A stretch of 64,000 bases of DNA. It comes from an uncultured Acidobacteriota bacterium. GTDB taxonomy: Bacteria; Acidobacteriota; Thermoanaerobaculia; UBA5066; Gp7-AA6. Position numbers and translations under genes: made by a program. Of this stretch, positions 60,435 to 64,000 are shown in pieces; position 1 is the first letter of the stretch; the number at the start of each line of letters is the position of its first letter. The notes beneath the pieces were generated by a model that made no database searches, had not been told where the DNA came from, and worked only from the letters and a program-made list of their open reading frames with translations. The stretch is from contig CAVXTP010000009.1 in the NCBI GenBank assembly GCA_963764715.1, positions 131,199 to 195,198 on the forward strand, read 5' to 3'.

Positions 60435-61279
60435 ATCGGACCCGCCGGCGCAAGGCACTCTCGTCCCTCGTCGTGCTTCTCTGCGCGGGGTCGGTCGTCG
60501 TCGCCCTCGTGCCGCTGTTCTTCGTGTTCGCCTACGTTCTCCAGAAAGGCTTTTCGTCGCTCAGCTGGGACTTCTTCACGAAGATGCCGAAACCCGTCGG
60601 CGAGACCGGGGGAGGGATGGCCAACGCGATGCTCGGCACGCTCTTCCTCATCGCGATCGCATCCGCCGTCGCGGTGCCCGTCGGAGTCATCGCCGGCGTT
60701 TACCTGTCCGAGTACGGCAAGAAGAGGTTCGCGTCCCTCGTCCGGTTCACGGCGGACGTCCTGAACGGCGTCCCGTCGATCGTCATCGGCATCTTCGCCT
60801 ACGGGCTGGCGGTCCTTCCCGTGAAGCACTTCTCGGCGCTCGCGGGCGGGCTCGCCCTCGGCTTCATGATGATTCCCATCATCACGCGAACGACCGAGGA
60901 GCTCCTGAATCTGGTGCCCGGCACTCTGCGCGAAGGCTCGCTCGCCCTCGGCGCGACGCGGGCGCGCGCCGCGTTCTCGGTGATGGTCCCGGCGGCGCTG
61001 CCCGGCATCATGACCGGGATCCTCGTGGCCCTGGCGCGGATCGCCGGCGAGACGGCGCCGCTGCTCTTCACGGCGTTCAACAACCGGTTCTTCTCCACGC
61101 GCCTCGATCAGCCGATCGCGTCGCTGCCCGTCCAGATCTACACCTACGCGGTCTCGCCGTACGACGACTGGCACCGCCAGGCCTGGGCCGGCGCGCTCGT
61201 CCTCGTCGCGTTCGTCTTCACCTTCTCCGTCCTGGCGCGGGTCGTCACCCGCAGGCTCGAGAGGATGCATCGCGCGTGA
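60431..61279 (+). CDS. pstA: Phosphate ABC transporter permease
   Basis: Motifs [23 protein letters not shown]. Confidence 0.96.
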   Translation: MNRTRRRKALSSLVVLLCAGSVVVALVPLFFVFAYVLQKGFSSLSWDFFTKMPKPVGETGGGMANAMLGTLFLIAIASAVAVPVGVIAGVYLSEYGKKRFASLVRFTADVLNGVPSIVIGIFAYGLAVLPVKHFSALAGGLALGFMMIPIITRTTEELLNLVPGTLREGSLALGATRARAAFSVMVPAALPGIMTGILVALARIAGETAPLLFTAFNNRFFSTRLDQPIASLPVQIYTYAVSPYDDWHRQAWAGALVLVAFVFTFSVLARVVTRRLERMHRA

Positions 61280-62136
61280 GCGATACACTGGAGGTCAGCG
61301 TGGAAGCTCCGGTCGGACCGAGCGCCCCGGCCCCGGTTGCGGGCAGGGGAGAACGTCCCGAAGAATCTCCGATGGCGGGCCGCGCCCTGCGGATGGAGTC
61401 GCGCCGCCTGAGCTTCTCCTACGGCTCGAAGCAGGCTCTCTGGGACATCTCGCTCGAGATTCCCGAGAAGACGGTCACGGCCTTCATCGGCCCGTCGGGG
61501 TGCGGCAAGTCGACGTATCTCCGGTGCCTCAATCGCATGAACGACATCATCCCGGACACGGTCGTCGAGGGCGAGGTGCTCCTGGACGGCCGGGACATCT
61601 ACGGCCCCGGCACCGACGTGGTCGACCTGCGCCGCCGCGTCGGCATGGTCTTCCAGAAGTCGAACCCCTTCCCGAAGTCGATCGCCGACAACGTCGCCTA
61701 CGGCCTGAAGATCAACAGACTCTGCCCGCGCTCCGAGATCCCGGACCGCGTCGAGAAGGCGCTGCGTCGATCGGCGCTCTGGGACGAGGTCAAGGACCGC
61801 CTCGACGCCTCGGCGATGGGGCTCTCGGGCGGCCAGCAGCAGCGGCTCTGCATCGCCCGCGCCCTCGCCGTCGAGCCGGAGGTCCTCCTGATGGACGAGC
61901 CGTGCTCGGCGCTCGATCCGATCGCGACGGCCAAGGTCGAGGAGCTGATCTACGAGCTCAAGCGCGACTACACGATCGTCATCGTCACGCACAACATGCA
62001 GCAGGCCGCCCGCGTGTCCGAGTTCACGGCATTCTTCATGCTCGGCCGGCTCGTCGAGCACGACCGCACGGAGAAGATCTTCACCAACCCCGGCCAGAAG
62101 ATCACCGAGGACTACATCACCGGCCGGTTCGGCTAG
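61276..62136 (+). CDS. pstB: Phosphate ABC transporter ATPase
   Basis: Motifs [35 protein letters not shown]. Confidence 0.97.
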   Translation: MSDTLEVSVEAPVGPSAPAPVAGRGERPEESPMAGRALRMESRRLSFSYGSKQALWDISLEIPEKTVTAFIGPSGCGKSTYLRCLNRMNDIIPDTVVEGEVLLDGRDIYGPGTDVVDLRRRVGMVFQKSNPFPKSIADNVAYGLKINRLCPRSEIPDRVEKALRRSALWDEVKDRLDASAMGLSGGQQQRLCIARALAVEPEVLLMDEPCSALDPIATAKVEELIYELKRDYTIVIVTHNMQQAARVSEFTAFFMLGRLVEHDRTEKIFTNPGQKITEDYITGRFG

Positions 62137-62149
62137 GAGGAAGGAGCGA

Positions 62150-62905
<756 letters not shown>

Positions 62906-62918
62906 GCACCGCGGTCCG

Positions 62919-64000
62919 ATGAAGCTTCGCGCCCGATTCACCGCGCTCTTCGCGATCCTCGCGGCGGCGACGGTCGCCGTGCTCGTGCTCGTGTCCGACG
63001 CCGTCATCGGCCGCGCCGTGTCCGAGCGCGTCGCCGAACGGTTCGGGCGGGAGCTCGAGCACCTCGCGGACGACCTGGCGCGCGGCGTCGTGCCGGACGC
63101 CGGGCGCGACGCCTTTCTCCGAGCGGCCGCGAAGCAGCTCGAGTGCCGCGTGACCTACATCGACCCCGACGGCCGGGTCCTCGACGACACCGACCTGCTG
63201 CCGGCGGACGTGCCGTCGATGGAGAACCACGCCGCCCGCGAGGAGGTGCGGCAGGCGGTGCGGAGCGGGACCGGGCGCTCCCGCCGCGTCTCGCCGACCG
63301 AGCAGCGGCCCATGCTCTACGAAGCGCGGAAGCTCCCGGACGGAAGCGTGCTGCGGCTGGCGGTTTCCGAGGCCCGCCTGCGCCAGGTCGAGCTCGGCTA
63401 CCTCTGGGCGATGCGCCTGGCGATCGCCGCCGCCTGCCTCGTTCTCTTCCTGATCGGATCGGCGGCGTCCCGGCGGTTCTCGGAGCCGATCGCGGAGCTC
63501 ACCCGGAGCGCCGCGGCGATCGCCGCCGGCGACTTCGGCCGCGACCTGCCGCGGGCCGGCGGCGAGGAGGTCCAGCTCCTCTCCGGGGCGGTCCAGCGGA
63601 TGAAGGACTCGCTCAACGCCGCGCTCGAGCGGGCGGAGGGCGAGCGGCGCCTGGCGGCCATGGTCTTCGAGACCCTGCCCGACGGCCTCGTGGTCGTCGA
63701 TTCGAAGCTGAAGGTCCTCGAGTCCAACGAGAGCTTCGCGGCCATGACCGGCGTTCCGACGCCGGCGGGCCGCGGCGTCTACGAGCTCCTGCGCGAGAAA
63801 CCGCTCTACGACTGCTTCGAAGCCACCGCGCGGACGGGGGAGACGACCGAACGGACCGTCCGCCTGCCCGACGATCGCGTCTGGCACATCACCGTCGTGC
63901 CACTTCCCGAGGGCCACCGGGCCGCGGCGGTGGGCGTTCTGCGCGACGTTTCGCGCCTCGAGAAGACGGAGGCGATGCGCCGCACGTTCGTCGGCGACGT
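62919..64000 (+). CDS. phoR: Sensor histidine kinase (TM-HAMP-PAS), truncated by the window edge
   Basis: Read by hand: MKLRARFTALFAIL...MENHAAREEV...HAMP...LRDVSRLEKTEAMRRTFVGD, ending just before the H-box. Confidence 0.88.
   Translation, partial: MKLRARFTALFAILAAATVAVLVLVSDAVIGRAVSERVAERFGRELEHLADDLARGVVPDAGRDAFLRAAAKQLECRVTYIDPDGRVLDDTDLLPADVPSMENHAAREEVRQAVRSGTGRSRRVSPTEQRPMLYEARKLPDGSVLRLAVSEARLRQVELGYLWAMRLAIAAACLVLFLIGSAASRRFSEPIAELTRSAAAIAAGDFGRDLPRAGGEEVQLLSGAVQRMKDSLNAALERAEGERRLAAMVFETLPDGLVVVDSKLKVLESNESFAAMTGVPTPAGRGVYELLREKPLYDCFEATARTGETTERTVRLPDDRVWHITVVPLPEGHRAAAVGVLRDVSRLEKTEAMRRTFVGD

Overview
High-GC bacterial chromosomal segment, most likely from an Acidobacteriota genome, probably Thermoanaerobaculia-like. 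This is inferred from the acidobacterial-type VWA, GWxTD and DUF4388 proteins. It holds about 58 genes: TCA genes (mdh, orphan sdhC, sucCD), ndk, RNA-modification genes, envelope genes (envC, ctpA-like, yibQ-like), an HspR/HAIR-controlled dnaK-hsp20-hspR cluster, methylmalonyl-CoA mutase, nth, a divergent amine-catabolic cluster, and an ~19 kb phosphate/polyphosphate island (CHAD, ppx, phoU, ppk1, porin, pstSCAB, phoBR). I found no rRNA, tRNA, CRISPR array or transposase. The strongest hidden signal is a set of in-phase 11-bp direct repeats (consensus ~CTTCACA-N4, Pho-box-like) in front of six or seven promoters. They place unexpected genes in the putative Pho regulon: a small hypothetical protein, a PHP phosphoesterase, a ceramide-glucosyltransferase-like GT2/GT21 enzyme, a GH1 glucosidase and a Cys-rich lipoprotein. 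Together these suggest an undescribed phosphate-starvation phospholipid-to-glycolipid remodelling system. Other highlights are a catalytically dead CtpA, apparently pervasive leaderless and bidirectional promoters, an HTTM-DCC cassette with a probable CTG start, a CarH-like B12 photoreceptor inside the Pho island, a DnaA-box/IHF cluster, GTAG-REPs and heptamer hairpin repeats. About ten small indels between 34.6 and 50.5 kb look like sequencing errors. All family assignments come from motif recognition by eye, not database searches.
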